DNA of 64,000 nucleotides from Candidatus Latescibacterota bacterium (GCA_965205975.1 OZ242195.1:2080001-2144000); one strand, 5' to 3'. Positions 31,282 through 41,552 are shown, numbered from the stretch's first letter. Program-made: numbers and translations. Notes: generated by a model from the sequence alone, not told the origin.

Positions 31282-32103
31282 ATGATGATTCGGTTGGGAA
31301 CAATGACGAGTGTGTGTCCGGATTGGTCTATCGAGCAGATCATTGATGGAATGCAACGCCATGGCTTCGAAGGATTGGAGCCTCGCGCGGGGTGGGGACA
31401 CGCCTCGGGTTTTGAACTGGACATGCCTGCTGCTGCTCGAGATGCAGCGCGGGGAAAAATTGAAGATGCTGGATTAAAAATATCCTGCATAGCTACCGGG
31501 GCGAAATTTGCTGCAGAAGACCCCGCTGTTCTGGACCAATCCATCGCCGAGGCCAACGCCGCAATAGATCTCGCGGCTGATCTGGGCGCCGGATTGATCC
31601 GCACATTTGGCGGCGCGCGCGGTAAGGGCGAAATATTCTGGATGGTGAACCGCACGGCTGAGGCATACAAGCGCGTAATGGATCACGCGGCAGAACGCGG
31701 GGTTATCGTAATGATGGAAACACACGACGAGTGGTGTGTCTCGACGCAAGTGCGCGCAGTGGTTGAAAAAGTGAATCATCCCAATCTGGGTATCTTGTGG
31801 GACCTCATGCACCCGCAGCGCCACATGGAACGCCCCGAAGAAACCATGCGGACAATTGGTGCTCTGACCAAACACCTGCACGCACACGACGGGCGTTATG
31901 ACACCGAAAACGGTAGAATTACCACCGTCGCTCTGGGCGAAGGCGATCTGGACTATGTCACGCCCCTAAAATTATTGCACGATGCCGGATTTGACGGCTT
32001 CTTTTCCGTGGAAGTAATCCACAAGCCAGGAAGCGATCACGATTCAGATGAAACCCTGAAAGCTTATGGCGATGGATTCAGAAAAATTGTCGAAAATTTT
32101 TAA
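31282..32103 (+). CDS. Sugar phosphate isomerase/epimerase (AP endonuclease 2 TIM barrel)
   Basis: METHD, WDLMH, HLHAHD, SVE metal ligands; AAGGAG RBS. Confidence 0.88.
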   Translation: MMIRLGTMTSVCPDWSIEQIIDGMQRHGFEGLEPRAGWGHASGFELDMPAAARDAARGKIEDAGLKISCIATGAKFAAEDPAVLDQSIAEANAAIDLAADLGAGLIRTFGGARGKGEIFWMVNRTAEAYKRVMDHAAERGVIVMMETHDEWCVSTQVRAVVEKVNHPNLGILWDLMHPQRHMERPEETMRTIGALTKHLHAHDGRYDTENGRITTVALGEGDLDYVTPLKLLHDAGFDGFFSVEVIHKPGSDHDSDETLKAYGDGFRKIVENF

Positions 32104-32115
32104 TTGGAGAATAGC

Positions 32116-33531
32116 ATGGCAAAACAGAATGTAATTTTATTTGGAATCGATAGTTTGTGGTCGGATCACATGAGTTGTTATGGTTATAATCGGCTCACAA
32201 CGCCACATATCGACAAATTTGCCACACAGGGCGTCTTGTTCGAAAACACATTTAGCGCGCATATCCCCACCACACCGGCCTATGCGTCAATGCTCACGGG
32301 CATGGATTGTTTTTCCACCGATGTCGTGGCACTGCGCCACCGCGGCGGGTTGACAGAAGACGTCGCGACCTTGCCCGAAATTTTGAGCGGAGAAGGCTAT
32401 GAAACCGTGTGTGTGGGCTTTACGGGAAATCCGAGTTCTCGCGGCTTTGATGAATATGTGAACTTCAGAGCGTGGGGAAGTTGGGACGAACGTCCGCTGC
32501 ACAAAGCCGAATTGCTCAACGAAGTGACATTACCCGAACTGGAACGCCTATCCGCGGGCGACAAACCGTTTTTCCTATTCTTGCGACACATGGATCCGCA
32601 CGCGCCCTATTTGCCACCGCCACCGTACGATTCGATGTTCTACAGCAAAGACCCGTGCGACCCGTCCAAAACCAGCATGGAACCGGTAAAAGCATTCAAG
32701 CCATTTAGAGATTTTCATTTGAGCTGGATGCCACCGGGCATTACCGACGCCGATTTTGTGGTGGCGCAATACGACGGTGAAATTGCCTATATGGATGCGT
32801 GTATCCAGCGCCTGCTCACCCGTGTTGATGAACTAGGCCTGAGAGATAATACCCTAATCGTAATCAACGGCGACCACGGCGAGACCCTCGACGAGCACGA
32901 TTGCTATTTTGATCACCACGGGATGTATGAATGCACCTTGAAAGTACCCCTCGCAATGCGCCTGCCCGGGCAATTGCCCGAAGGCGTGCGCGTGAAGGGT
33001 TACAATCAGCACAAAGATCTCACACCGACGATCCTGGAACTCCTGAATATAGAAACAGACATCGCGTTTGACGGACGCAGCTTAATCCCGATGGTTGAGG
33101 GAAAACGCCACACGCACGAATCGGAATTTTATATTACCGAGTGTACCTGGATGCGAAAACACGGCTGGCGCACACCCGAGTGGAAATTGATCGTAGCACT
33201 GGAACCCGACTTTCATTTTAAGCCCGAAGTAGAGCTTTACAATCTGATCCAGGACCCGGGCGAGACCACGAATCTGGCAGACAAAGAACCCGAAATGGTC
33301 GCCCTATTGCGCGGGCGGATGGAAGCCTATATTGCCAAACGCGAAAAAGAAGTGGGCCATACCAATCCCATGTACACAAACCTGAACTGGCACGGCCGCA
33401 AGAATTACGACGGACCCTTCAAATCCTCAGAAGATGCGTATAACCACATGCACATCGGTTCCGCCAGCCAGGCCGCGCGGTTGCAGGCGGGGAATAAAAA
33501 GGTAGAAGGAACGGTCGAAAAAAAGAAATAA
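32116..33531 (+). CDS. Sulfatase-like hydrolase with non-canonical active-site motif
   Basis: IDSL..DH, TPHID, DPHAPY, YDGEI, GDHGE; TTPAYASMLTG replaces CxPxR. Confidence 0.85.
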   Translation: MAKQNVILFGIDSLWSDHMSCYGYNRLTTPHIDKFATQGVLFENTFSAHIPTTPAYASMLTGMDCFSTDVVALRHRGGLTEDVATLPEILSGEGYETVCVGFTGNPSSRGFDEYVNFRAWGSWDERPLHKAELLNEVTLPELERLSAGDKPFFLFLRHMDPHAPYLPPPPYDSMFYSKDPCDPSKTSMEPVKAFKPFRDFHLSWMPPGITDADFVVAQYDGEIAYMDACIQRLLTRVDELGLRDNTLIVINGDHGETLDEHDCYFDHHGMYECTLKVPLAMRLPGQLPEGVRVKGYNQHKDLTPTILELLNIETDIAFDGRSLIPMVEGKRHTHESEFYITECTWMRKHGWRTPEWKLIVALEPDFHFKPEVELYNLIQDPGETTNLADKEPEMVALLRGRMEAYIAKREKEVGHTNPMYTNLNWHGRKNYDGPFKSSEDAYNHMHIGSASQAARLQAGNKKVEGTVEKKK

Positions 33532-33541
33532 GAGAAAGCAT

Positions 33542-34933
33542 ATGAGAATAATCACATTGGCATTGCAAAGTCTTTTGACGCTGTTGATGCTAGCCAGTTG
33601 TTCCACCCCTGGGAACATGCGGTCGCACTGGCCTGAATACCCCGTAAATCCATTCGTCATCCAATTGGATATTCCCGGCCCTACGGATTCTGCTGGCGGC
33701 CTCATTGTCGCCGATCTGAATGGAGATGGACGCATGGATTACCTGGTCACCGTTCCCAATTATCTCACGACTCATGCCCACGATGGCCGCAAACTCTGGG
33801 TAATCGAAACCGACCTCCGGGTAGGCGGCTCCTCAGAGCGCGTCGGCCTACCCGGCCATCACGGTCCAGGTGTTCAGGTTACAGACGTCGATGGCGATGA
33901 ACAGGTCGAAGTGCTGTTCCTTACCCAGGATGGCACGCTCCACGTAATTGATGGCACTACAGGGCGCGAGCAGTGGACCGCAAAGCCGCCCATCCCCAAA
34001 GGCGCCCAACGCTGGGAGCACCTGGTCGTAGCCAATTTCCGCGGCGCGGGAGATCGAGATTTACTCCTCCAAGCCACCAATGCCAAAGGTTACCGCATGG
34101 GGCGCTTTCTAGCGGCCTATGCGCTGGCCGATCTCCGGCGCGGACATTTTGTCCCCCTGTGGGAACGCGACGATTTCGTTGCCTGCGCCCACAACGGCGC
34201 ACGGCTGGCGGATCTGAATAGAGATGGGCAAGACGAAGTGATCGGCACTACGGTCGTCTCTGCCGATGGCAAAATTTTACTGCGGATTCCCCTAAAAGGT
34301 CACATCGACTCGATCTTCATCTACGACGTGCGGCCCGATATACCGGGTTTGGAAATCATCGCCTTAGAAGAAGGGGGCGGCAATCGCATTTTCCTCTACA
34401 ACCACGAACAACTCTTATGGGAAACGCACTTTCGCCACCGGGAACCCCAGAATGCGGCGGTCGGCGAGTTCGACCTGGAGCGACCGGGCCTGGAGATATG
34501 GTGCCGGAGCCGCTATAACGAGCATCAGAAGCCTTTTGTTTTTGACGCGCGGGGAGAGAAAATCGCGGATTACCAGATGGACGATGTAGCACCCGAGGGC
34601 TGGACCACAAGAGGGGTCGAGGTCATCCACAAGATCGATTGGACAGGTGACCGCAAACAGCTTGCCGCAGCCAAAGAGCGCCATATCTCCGGGGATATTG
34701 GCATCTTCGATCCGCTTAGCGGGCGCTTTCTCCACCGGTTTGAGGAAAAGGCCGACCGGCTCTATGTGGGCGATGTGGCTGGAGATTGGCGCGAAGAACT
34801 GATCGTCTTGCACAGCAACCAACTCCACATCTACTTCAATGAATCTGAGAATCGGGGTTCTGACCGTCAGCGCCTGTGGTCGCAAGACCACTACCGCCGC
34901 AGTAAGATGACCTGGAACTATTACAGCCCATAA
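33542..34933 (+). CDS. Lipoprotein with FG-GAP/DxxGDG repeats, rhamnogalacturonan lyase (PL11)-like propeller
   Basis: LASC lipobox; ADLNGDG, DVDGD, ADLNRDG, RPGLEI, GDVAGDWREE. Confidence 0.6.
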   Translation: MRIITLALQSLLTLLMLASCSTPGNMRSHWPEYPVNPFVIQLDIPGPTDSAGGLIVADLNGDGRMDYLVTVPNYLTTHAHDGRKLWVIETDLRVGGSSERVGLPGHHGPGVQVTDVDGDEQVEVLFLTQDGTLHVIDGTTGREQWTAKPPIPKGAQRWEHLVVANFRGAGDRDLLLQATNAKGYRMGRFLAAYALADLRRGHFVPLWERDDFVACAHNGARLADLNRDGQDEVIGTTVVSADGKILLRIPLKGHIDSIFIYDVRPDIPGLEIIALEEGGGNRIFLYNHEQLLWETHFRHREPQNAAVGEFDLERPGLEIWCRSRYNEHQKPFVFDARGEKIADYQMDDVAPEGWTTRGVEVIHKIDWTGDRKQLAAAKERHISGDIGIFDPLSGRFLHRFEEKADRLYVGDVAGDWREELIVLHSNQLHIYFNESENRGSDRQRLWSQDHYRRSKMTWNYYSP

Positions 34934-34945
34934 GGTCAGGTAAAA

Positions 34946-35209
34946 ATGAATCCGAGAGTAAAAGAAGTAACACCACTTGCTGATTATCAACTCAAAATTC
35001 CGTTTACAAATGGTGAATTTGGCATCTATGACTGTCGTCCCTTGCTGGATTTCGGTGTGTTCAAAGAACTCGCGGACGAGGCTTATTTCCGCCAGGTTCG
35101 AGCAGAAGGTGGTACCGTCGTATGGCCCCATGAACAAGACATTTGTCCTGATACTGTTTATTTGGACTCAAGGAGATACAAGAACAGCGAAGTCTCATTA
35201 TCTTTTTAA
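34946..35209 (+). CDS. DUF2442 family protein
   Basis: FTNGE, GVFKEL, GTVVWP..DICPDTVY. Confidence 0.8.
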   Translation: MNPRVKEVTPLADYQLKIPFTNGEFGIYDCRPLLDFGVFKELADEAYFRQVRAEGGTVVWPHEQDICPDTVYLDSRRYKNSEVSLSF

Positions 35210-35221
35210 CCGGTTGAGGAA

Positions 35222-35288
35222 GGTTCTGCCAGCCAGGTCGTGCGGGTGCATTGCGAGCAATAAGAAAGTGGAAGGCACAATTGCGTAA
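35222..35288 (+). pseudogene. Diverged duplicate of the 3' end of the sulfatase gene (33457-33531)
   Basis: GSASQVVRVH(+1)ASNKKVEGTIA* versus GSASQAARLQAGNKKVEGTVEKKK*. Confidence 0.8.
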
Positions 35289-35302
35289 AACAGAGGTAAT
35301 TC

Positions 35303-36193
35303 ATGCTCAGAGGCGTAACGAGTCGGAGTGAAACAAGAAGATGTCAAAAGCTCCTTGAGGACACGCTGGGCAAGGGACTGAACTTGAAATGGCACCTCAA
35401 GATTGGATATCCTGGTGGAAGTGGCCGATACTCTGTAAAGCACAACCGGATAGTTTGGTTTACATCAGAAAAGCACAAAGGAAAAAAGTTCTGGAATGCG
35501 TTTGGTCTGAAACCAGATAAAAATAAGCAAAACGATATTGTGGCTGAAATAAACATACCAATTGATGGGATAAATCTTAGTATTGGTGCAGGTATGTTTG
35601 CTGTTGATGAAAAAGGTTCTATATTTTTGTTACACAGCGGAAGGATTGGCGGTGGCTATCCAGGTATTAACAAGGCAAACTTTCTCGCCTGGTATTCACA
35701 GTACGAATCTATGATAGAGGTAGAGAACGGGACAAAAGTTGAGAAAGGTATTCTGATTGGCAATGTTTCTCAAAAAGAGGACTTAATCAACGGCCTTATC
35801 AGATATCTTAGAGACGTTGAGTATTTCAAACAGCTTGTCCGAGACCCGTCTTCATTAAATGAAGGTAAGGTTATTAGAGGTCATAAAGGTAAGCCAAACA
35901 AAAGGGAAATAGTTGCAACAACTTACGAACGAAATCCAAAAATTGCGGAGTTGGCAAAAAGAATGGCGAATGGAAAATGTCGCTTATGTGGAAAAAAGGG
36001 GCCTTTCAAAGACAATTTAGGTAGGCCGTTTCTCGAAACGCATCATGTCAAGTGGCTTTCAAACGGCGGAAAAGATTCAATAGATAATATCGTCGCGCTA
36101 TGTCCGAATTGCCACAGAAAGATGCATTATCTGGATAATAAGCAGGATAGGGATCGACTGACACGTATAGCAACCTCGCAAAGAATATCGTGA
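35303..36193 (+). CDS. HNH endonuclease (McrA-like C-terminal domain)
   Basis: CRLC..ETHH..GG.D..DN..LCPNCHRKMH; AT-rich relative to flanks. Confidence 0.88.
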   Translation: MLRGVTSRSETRRCQKLLEDTLGKGLNLKWHLKIGYPGGSGRYSVKHNRIVWFTSEKHKGKKFWNAFGLKPDKNKQNDIVAEINIPIDGINLSIGAGMFAVDEKGSIFLLHSGRIGGGYPGINKANFLAWYSQYESMIEVENGTKVEKGILIGNVSQKEDLINGLIRYLRDVEYFKQLVRDPSSLNEGKVIRGHKGKPNKREIVATTYERNPKIAELAKRMANGKCRLCGKKGPFKDNLGRPFLETHHVKWLSNGGKDSIDNIVALCPNCHRKMHYLDNKQDRDRLTRIATSQRIS

Positions 36194-36274
36194 AAAGGGT
36201 CACAGGTCTTAACCTAATGACTACTATCAACCTTTTATCTTTCCACCTATAAACACTATGATGAGAGGCTAGCC

Positions 36275-36511
36275 ATGACCCAATGGAATATCGTTATATC
36301 AGAGGAAACCGACCGCCAGGTTCGGAGCTATCTGGCCCGGACTGGCGGAAAAAAAGGCGATCTGTCCCGTTTCGTTGACCGTGCGGTACGTCAAGCAATC
36401 TTCTGGGAGACAGTCGAAACGATCTGGGAACGAAACAAGCACCTCCCAGCCGAAGAAGCCCAAGTCCTCGCCGACGAAGCTGTGGATAGCGTACGTGCGA
36501 ATCGTTCTTGA
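36275..36511 (+). CDS. Ribbon-helix-helix antitoxin
   Basis: WNIVISEETD..VR..KKGDLSRFVDRAV; overlaps the PIN gene. Confidence 0.8.
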   Translation: MTQWNIVISEETDRQVRSYLARTGGKKGDLSRFVDRAVRQAIFWETVETIWERNKHLPAEEAQVLADEAVDSVRANRS

Positions 36512-36938
36512 TACAAATGTGCTCGTAAGCGCGCTGATCGCAAAAGAAGGACCGCCAGGCCTCTTGTTAGCAGCTGTCAGACGTGGAGACTTCACACTGG
36601 TCTCTTCATCTTACCAAATTGAGGAACTGAGGGAAGTCTTGGGCCGCGACCGCTTGAAACCGTACATCCAGCCCGAAGAGGCCAGCGACTTGCTTTATAA
36701 CCTGGGATCGATTGGGGTGGTCGTCACTGAGTTGCCGGATGTAGATATATCACCGGACCCAAAGGATGCTCCAATCTTGGCAACCGGGATAGCGGGCCAA
36801 GCGGATCTGATTGTTTCTGGGGACAAAAAGGACATGCTGGCTCTCGGTCATATTGAAGACATCCCGATAGTCACTCCTCGTGAGGCGGTTAGACGGCTAC
36901 CTCAGCATCAAAATAAAAATAATGGCTCCGAAGGATAG
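36495..36938 (+). CDS. PIN-domain toxin (VapC-like)
   Basis: GTG start; RIVLDTNVLVSA, DPKD, IVSGDK. Confidence 0.88.
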   Translation: MRIVLDTNVLVSALIAKEGPPGLLLAAVRRGDFTLVSSSYQIEELREVLGRDRLKPYIQPEEASDLLYNLGSIGVVVTELPDVDISPDPKDAPILATGIAGQADLIVSGDKKDMLALGHIEDIPIVTPREAVRRLPQHQNKNNGSEG

Positions 36939-36994
36939 GCAAATAATGCAGATGTTCAAATAAAAGCAAGCATTGAGCATTGGAGGAATACAAC

Positions 36995-38137
36995 ATGGCA
37001 ATCGATACCATAACATCCGAAGCCATTGAAGTAATAAATCCGACCGGGAGGCGGGTATTGCAACTGACGACAAATACGCGGCGATCGGTGCATGGGTATT
37101 ACGATCTGCCCCCGTGGTCTCCCGTAGATGGGCGCATTGCATTTAGCCGCATGGATGCACCCGATTCAAAAACAGGCGATATTTGCGTCATGGATGCCGA
37201 TGGGGACAACTTGCACAAAGTGGCCGAATCCCGTGCGATGTCCGCCAATGGCGGCGCACTGGCGCAATGGGCTGCGGATGGATCGCGGATCTACTTCAAG
37301 GACCGAGACCGCGAAACCCGTTTGATCGGATGGGTCGATCCAGACACGGGTATGTCGGGCACGCATCCCGGAGACCTCCGAATGATTTCACCAGCTGGAC
37401 ACCTGCATGCCTATCACACGATGCACGGGGATTACGCCGAAGACGACGTACCCAAAATGAAAGACATACACGGTGTCTTCGCGCAGGATCTGAAAACAGG
37501 GGAATCCAAACAACTCGCAACCCTCTCCGATTGCCTAACACTCCACCCCCGCCGAGACGAAATAGCCGACTGGCACATGTTCGTCAAACACACCAAATGG
37601 TCTCCCGATGGATCGCGGATGATGTTTGTATTCACCAACGAAATCCATTTTGATCGAAAATACGGCGAACTTCCCAGAGTGAAAGATGTGTACGTCATCA
37701 ATGCAGATGGCTCAAACCTCAAGCGCGTAGGCGAATTTGGCAACCACCCCCTGTGGCATCCCAATGGTCGAGAAATACTGACCAACAGCCCGTTTGAAGG
37801 CTCACCGGGCAATAAACTGGTACTGACTGATGTGGAAACGGGTGAAGAGCGTTTGGCCGCAACCTGTGCAAAGGGATCGGGGCATCCCTCCTTTTCACCA
37901 GATGGAAAATACATTGTCATAGATGTCGTGAACAACACAACAAAAGAAGCCAAATTCCTGCTGGTAGATGTCGAAACCGATACTATTGAAACCCTGTTGG
38001 AACTCTCGGTCTTCGACCACTCCCATGCCGGAACCCATCTACACCCGGTATGGCGGCAAGATAGCTCGCAGATCCTTTACGCCAGCGATGCATCCGAAAT
38101 TTGCCAATTGTGTGTGATTGAACGAATAGACGAATAG
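36995..38137 (+). CDS. TolB-like / oligogalacturonate-lyase-like beta-propeller
   Basis: Repeated WSPDG / FSPDG / WHPNG blades, HLHP. Confidence 0.7.
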   Translation: MAIDTITSEAIEVINPTGRRVLQLTTNTRRSVHGYYDLPPWSPVDGRIAFSRMDAPDSKTGDICVMDADGDNLHKVAESRAMSANGGALAQWAADGSRIYFKDRDRETRLIGWVDPDTGMSGTHPGDLRMISPAGHLHAYHTMHGDYAEDDVPKMKDIHGVFAQDLKTGESKQLATLSDCLTLHPRRDEIADWHMFVKHTKWSPDGSRMMFVFTNEIHFDRKYGELPRVKDVYVINADGSNLKRVGEFGNHPLWHPNGREILTNSPFEGSPGNKLVLTDVETGEERLAATCAKGSGHPSFSPDGKYIVIDVVNNTTKEAKFLLVDVETDTIETLLELSVFDHSHAGTHLHPVWRQDSSQILYASDASEICQLCVIERIDE

Positions 38138-38242
38138 ACGAATAGACGAACCCCGCTCCACCACCCAAAGTTGTTACAAACTCCATCGTTGATTCGTTGA
38201 TGAACTGGCCTGAACCAGTTGTACCCCGCTCCGTTGATTCGC
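38122..38242. repeat. Composite intergenic repeat: ACGAATAG x3, CGTTGATTCG x2, CCCCGCTCC x2
   Basis: Visible directly; first units supply the end of the upstream gene. Confidence 0.7.
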
Positions 38243-38255
38243 AAAGGAGACTCTC

Positions 38256-39089
38256 ATGCCCGTAAAATCCGTTTACATGATGACCGATTTGGAAGGTTCA
38301 GCCGGAGTAGATGATTGGGATCCGAGACACCGGGAAGATGCGACAACGGCAAAAGGCGTGTACGACCGCGCTGAGATGCAGCGATTGTTGACAGGTGAAG
38401 TCAACGCCGCAGCCGAAGGATTATTTGCAGCAGGCGTAGAAGAAATAATCATCAATGATGCACATGGAGCGGGACGCACCATCTTATCAGAAGAATTGAT
38501 CTCAGGCGTAAAACTGGTGCAGGGCGTCAACCGCCCCTGCTGGTTACCCGGATTATCCCCCAGATTTGACGCATTGATCCAACTGGGCATGCATGCGATG
38601 ACTGGCACGCCCAACGGATGTCTCGCACACTCGATGAGCCGCAATATGATCTATCGCGTCAATGGTGCCGAAGTCGGCGAGATGGAAATGGCGGCTTACT
38701 TGTGTGGGGATCTGGGTATTCCCTGGGTCTTTACATCGGGCGATCTGCACGCATGTACCGAATCCGAGCGCTGGGTCAACAACATTGTCACAGCACCAGT
38801 AAAAGAAGGCCTGGGTGAATTATGTGCGCTCCACCTGGCGCCAGTAGATGCCCGTGCCCTCATCAAGACGCGCGTTTATGAAGCCCTGGAGATCGTTGAA
38901 AATATCGAACCACTCGTTGCAAAAAGCCCTGTGGTCATGGAAGTCACGCGCCCCGAACCCGGTCGCCTTTCCGTGCCAGAAGGGGTTGAGCGTGTAGATG
39001 ACTTTACAATTCGGTGTGAAGGCGAATCCTTCTGGCAGGTGTTTCACAACATGGTTTATGGCAAACCCGATTTCCCAGTTCCCGCGTAA
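38256..39089 (+). CDS. M55 family D-aminopeptidase (DppA-like)
   Basis: TDLEG, EVNAA, NDAHG, GMHA, LAHS, SGD. Confidence 0.88.
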   Translation: MPVKSVYMMTDLEGSAGVDDWDPRHREDATTAKGVYDRAEMQRLLTGEVNAAAEGLFAAGVEEIIINDAHGAGRTILSEELISGVKLVQGVNRPCWLPGLSPRFDALIQLGMHAMTGTPNGCLAHSMSRNMIYRVNGAEVGEMEMAAYLCGDLGIPWVFTSGDLHACTESERWVNNIVTAPVKEGLGELCALHLAPVDARALIKTRVYEALEIVENIEPLVAKSPVVMEVTRPEPGRLSVPEGVERVDDFTIRCEGESFWQVFHNMVYGKPDFPVPA

Positions 39090-39113
39090 TTTCTTCGCAT
39101 TATAGGAGGATAT

Positions 39114-39818
39114 ATGAAAGTCAAAATAGAGAATCAATTTCGAGCGCCTTATGGCGTACCAAACGGATTGCAACTCACTGGCGAAGGCTTGTGGATTGTA
39201 GATCAGGTGACGGATAGGGTGGCATTGATGAGCATGGAAGAGGGTATAGACGATTATTACGGCAATCGCCGCCTATTGAGAGACATCCCATCGGAATCCT
39301 CCAACACCAGTGGCATGGCCGCGGGTGATGGATCGTTGTGGTTGGCAGCCAATGGGCCGGGGCAACGCTGGCGGATACCGCGCAAGACCGATGCGCCTCA
39401 GGGTGAAATTTTGCGCGTAGATCCCTGTAATGGAGAAACACAGGGCCGCTGGGCACTGCCCACGGGCGGCGGCACACACGGCGTAGAATACGACGCAATT
39501 GAACCGGGCACATTATGGCTGACGACCTTGAAAGAACAGACCATTACGCAAATGCGTATTAAAGACTGGTCCGTCATCCGAACATTAAAACTGCCCTTGC
39601 ATCGCGCACACGGTGTGGTCCGAATGGAAGAAGATTCGATCTGGGTGGTTCATACAGGTGATCGGGTCATTGTAAATCTGGATCTGGCGACAAATGCAGA
39701 ACTCGATCGCATAGAAGTGCCCGAACCCCATCCCGAACCACACGGACTCTCCATCTGCGACGGCGGATTTTTGTATTGCGATGCCACATCGGGGTGGGTT
39801 GCCAAAATTTCCTGGTGA
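39114..39818 (+). CDS. Hypothetical beta-propeller protein (Vgb/glutaminyl-cyclase-like)
   Basis: Repeated PNGL/THGV/AHGV/PHGL..LW blades; RBS AGGAGG. Confidence 0.6.
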   Translation: MKVKIENQFRAPYGVPNGLQLTGEGLWIVDQVTDRVALMSMEEGIDDYYGNRRLLRDIPSESSNTSGMAAGDGSLWLAANGPGQRWRIPRKTDAPQGEILRVDPCNGETQGRWALPTGGGTHGVEYDAIEPGTLWLTTLKEQTITQMRIKDWSVIRTLKLPLHRAHGVVRMEEDSIWVVHTGDRVIVNLDLATNAELDRIEVPEPHPEPHGLSICDGGFLYCDATSGWVAKISW

Positions 39819-39845
39819 TGGGACACGCCTGTTATCTTTACAATT

Positions 39846-39873
39846 AGCCCCGGTCCTCCGGGGCTTTTCTTTC
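39846..39873 (+). terminator. Intrinsic terminator
   Basis: AGCCCCGG-tcct-CCGGGGCT followed by TTTCTTT. Confidence 0.8.
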
Positions 39874-39891
39874 TCACAACTGAGGTACGCG

Positions 39892-41478
39892 ATGAGTAAT
39901 CGAGCAGTAATCGGCGTCGATGTGGGCACAGGCAGCGTGCGGGCAGGCGTATTTGACCTATACGGCACGATGTTGGGCACAGCATCCTCCCCCATTCTGG
40001 AATTTAATCCCAAACCCGATTTTTACGAACAATCCTCGAAGAACATCTGGGCAGAAACCGGAAAAGTCGTTCGCCAGGCCATCGCCCAATCTGGCCTCTC
40101 GCCCGATGCGATAATCGGCATGAGTTTTGACGCAACCTGTTCTCTCGTCGTCCTGGACACTGCTGGACAACCCCTGACCGTATCTGAAACGGGCGAAACC
40201 GAGCGCAACATCATCGTGTGGCGCGATCACCGCGCAATAGATCAGGTAAATCGCATCAATGCGGGTGGATATGATGTATTGCAATACGTCGGGGGTACGA
40301 TGTCGCCCGAACAAGAACCGCCCAAACTCTTGTGGATCAAAGAGAACCTGCCCGAAACATGGCAAAAAGCGGGCAAATTTTTTGACCTGGCGGATTTTAT
40401 GGTCTATAAAGCAACGGGGACCGACCGCCGCAGTTTGTGTACCAACGTATGCAAATGGACCTATCTAGGCCATGAATCGCGCTGGGATCGCACCTTCTTT
40501 AGTGCCATTGGTCTGGGCGATTTATTCGACGGCGGAAAAGTGACAGAAGATGTCGCGCCCATGGGCGAAAACGCGGGCACACTGAGTGCAGAAGCCGCCG
40601 ATTCGATGGGATTGACAACACAAACTGCCGTGGGTGTCGGCATCATCGATGCACATGCGGGAGGCATTGGCGTTGGCGTCAGCGAACCGATATTAGCTTT
40701 GATCGGCGGCACCTCGTCGTGCCACATGGCCGTGTCAAAAGACGCGCGATTTATCCCCGGCGTGTGGGGACCTTACTTCGGAGCGATGCTACCGGGTTTG
40801 TGGCTCAGCGAAGGCGGGCAAAGTGCAACGGGCGCGTTATTGGACCACACCATCGAGCGATTTGGCATGGTGAAAGAAGAAGATCACTACTGGCATGTAC
40901 TCACGGGAAAAGAAATCAATGCCGTGTACGCAGAACTCAACGCGTACATCGCCGCAAAAGGCGTGCGCTCAGATTGGACAGAACGGCTGCATATTTTGCC
41001 CGACCACCACGGAAACCGCTCTCCCAAAGCCGACCCCAACGCACGGGGAATGATGGACGGCTTGACCCTGGACATGTCCTACAACACACTGGCGCAAATT
41101 TATCACGCAACCATCCAGGCGGTCGCTTATGGCACGCGCAATATCATTGACGAAATGGAAAAACAGGGCTACGCAATTGAGCAGATCAATGCGTGTGGAG
41201 GCGGCACAAAAAACGAACTGTGGATACGCGAACACGCCGACGCCACACAGCGCCCCATACACCTGCCCAAAGAACCCGAAGCCGTATTACTCGGATCAGC
41301 AATCCTCGGTGCCGTCGCCGCGGGTGCATACCCATCAATCCAGGAAGCGATGGACGCGATGTGTCACGCGGGCGAGGTCATTGAACCCAATCGAGACACC
41401 GCAGATTATCACGCCTATAAATACGAACAACAGTTGGCCATGTACGACCAGCACATAGCCCGACGCAACATCGACTGA
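39892..41478 (+). CDS. FGGY-family pentulose/ribulose kinase
   Basis: IGVDVGTGSVRA, FDATCSL, WRDHRA, IDAHAG, GNRSP. Confidence 0.93.
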   Translation: MSNRAVIGVDVGTGSVRAGVFDLYGTMLGTASSPILEFNPKPDFYEQSSKNIWAETGKVVRQAIAQSGLSPDAIIGMSFDATCSLVVLDTAGQPLTVSETGETERNIIVWRDHRAIDQVNRINAGGYDVLQYVGGTMSPEQEPPKLLWIKENLPETWQKAGKFFDLADFMVYKATGTDRRSLCTNVCKWTYLGHESRWDRTFFSAIGLGDLFDGGKVTEDVAPMGENAGTLSAEAADSMGLTTQTAVGVGIIDAHAGGIGVGVSEPILALIGGTSSCHMAVSKDARFIPGVWGPYFGAMLPGLWLSEGGQSATGALLDHTIERFGMVKEEDHYWHVLTGKEINAVYAELNAYIAAKGVRSDWTERLHILPDHHGNRSPKADPNARGMMDGLTLDMSYNTLAQIYHATIQAVAYGTRNIIDEMEKQGYAIEQINACGGGTKNELWIREHADATQRPIHLPKEPEAVLLGSAILGAVAAGAYPSIQEAMDAMCHAGEVIEPNRDTADYHAYKYEQQLAMYDQHIARRNID

Positions 41479-41552
41479 TTGGAAATTCGGTTGTGTTTCG
41501 CGCGATATCGCATTAGCATGGAGTTGTGAATTATCAACTGAAGGAGGCAATT

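Noticed and set aside
39781..39891. N-terminal extension of the FGGY kinase given by the ORF track
   Set aside because: Overlaps the upstream gene and a terminator; ATG 39892 has an RBS and matches the family start
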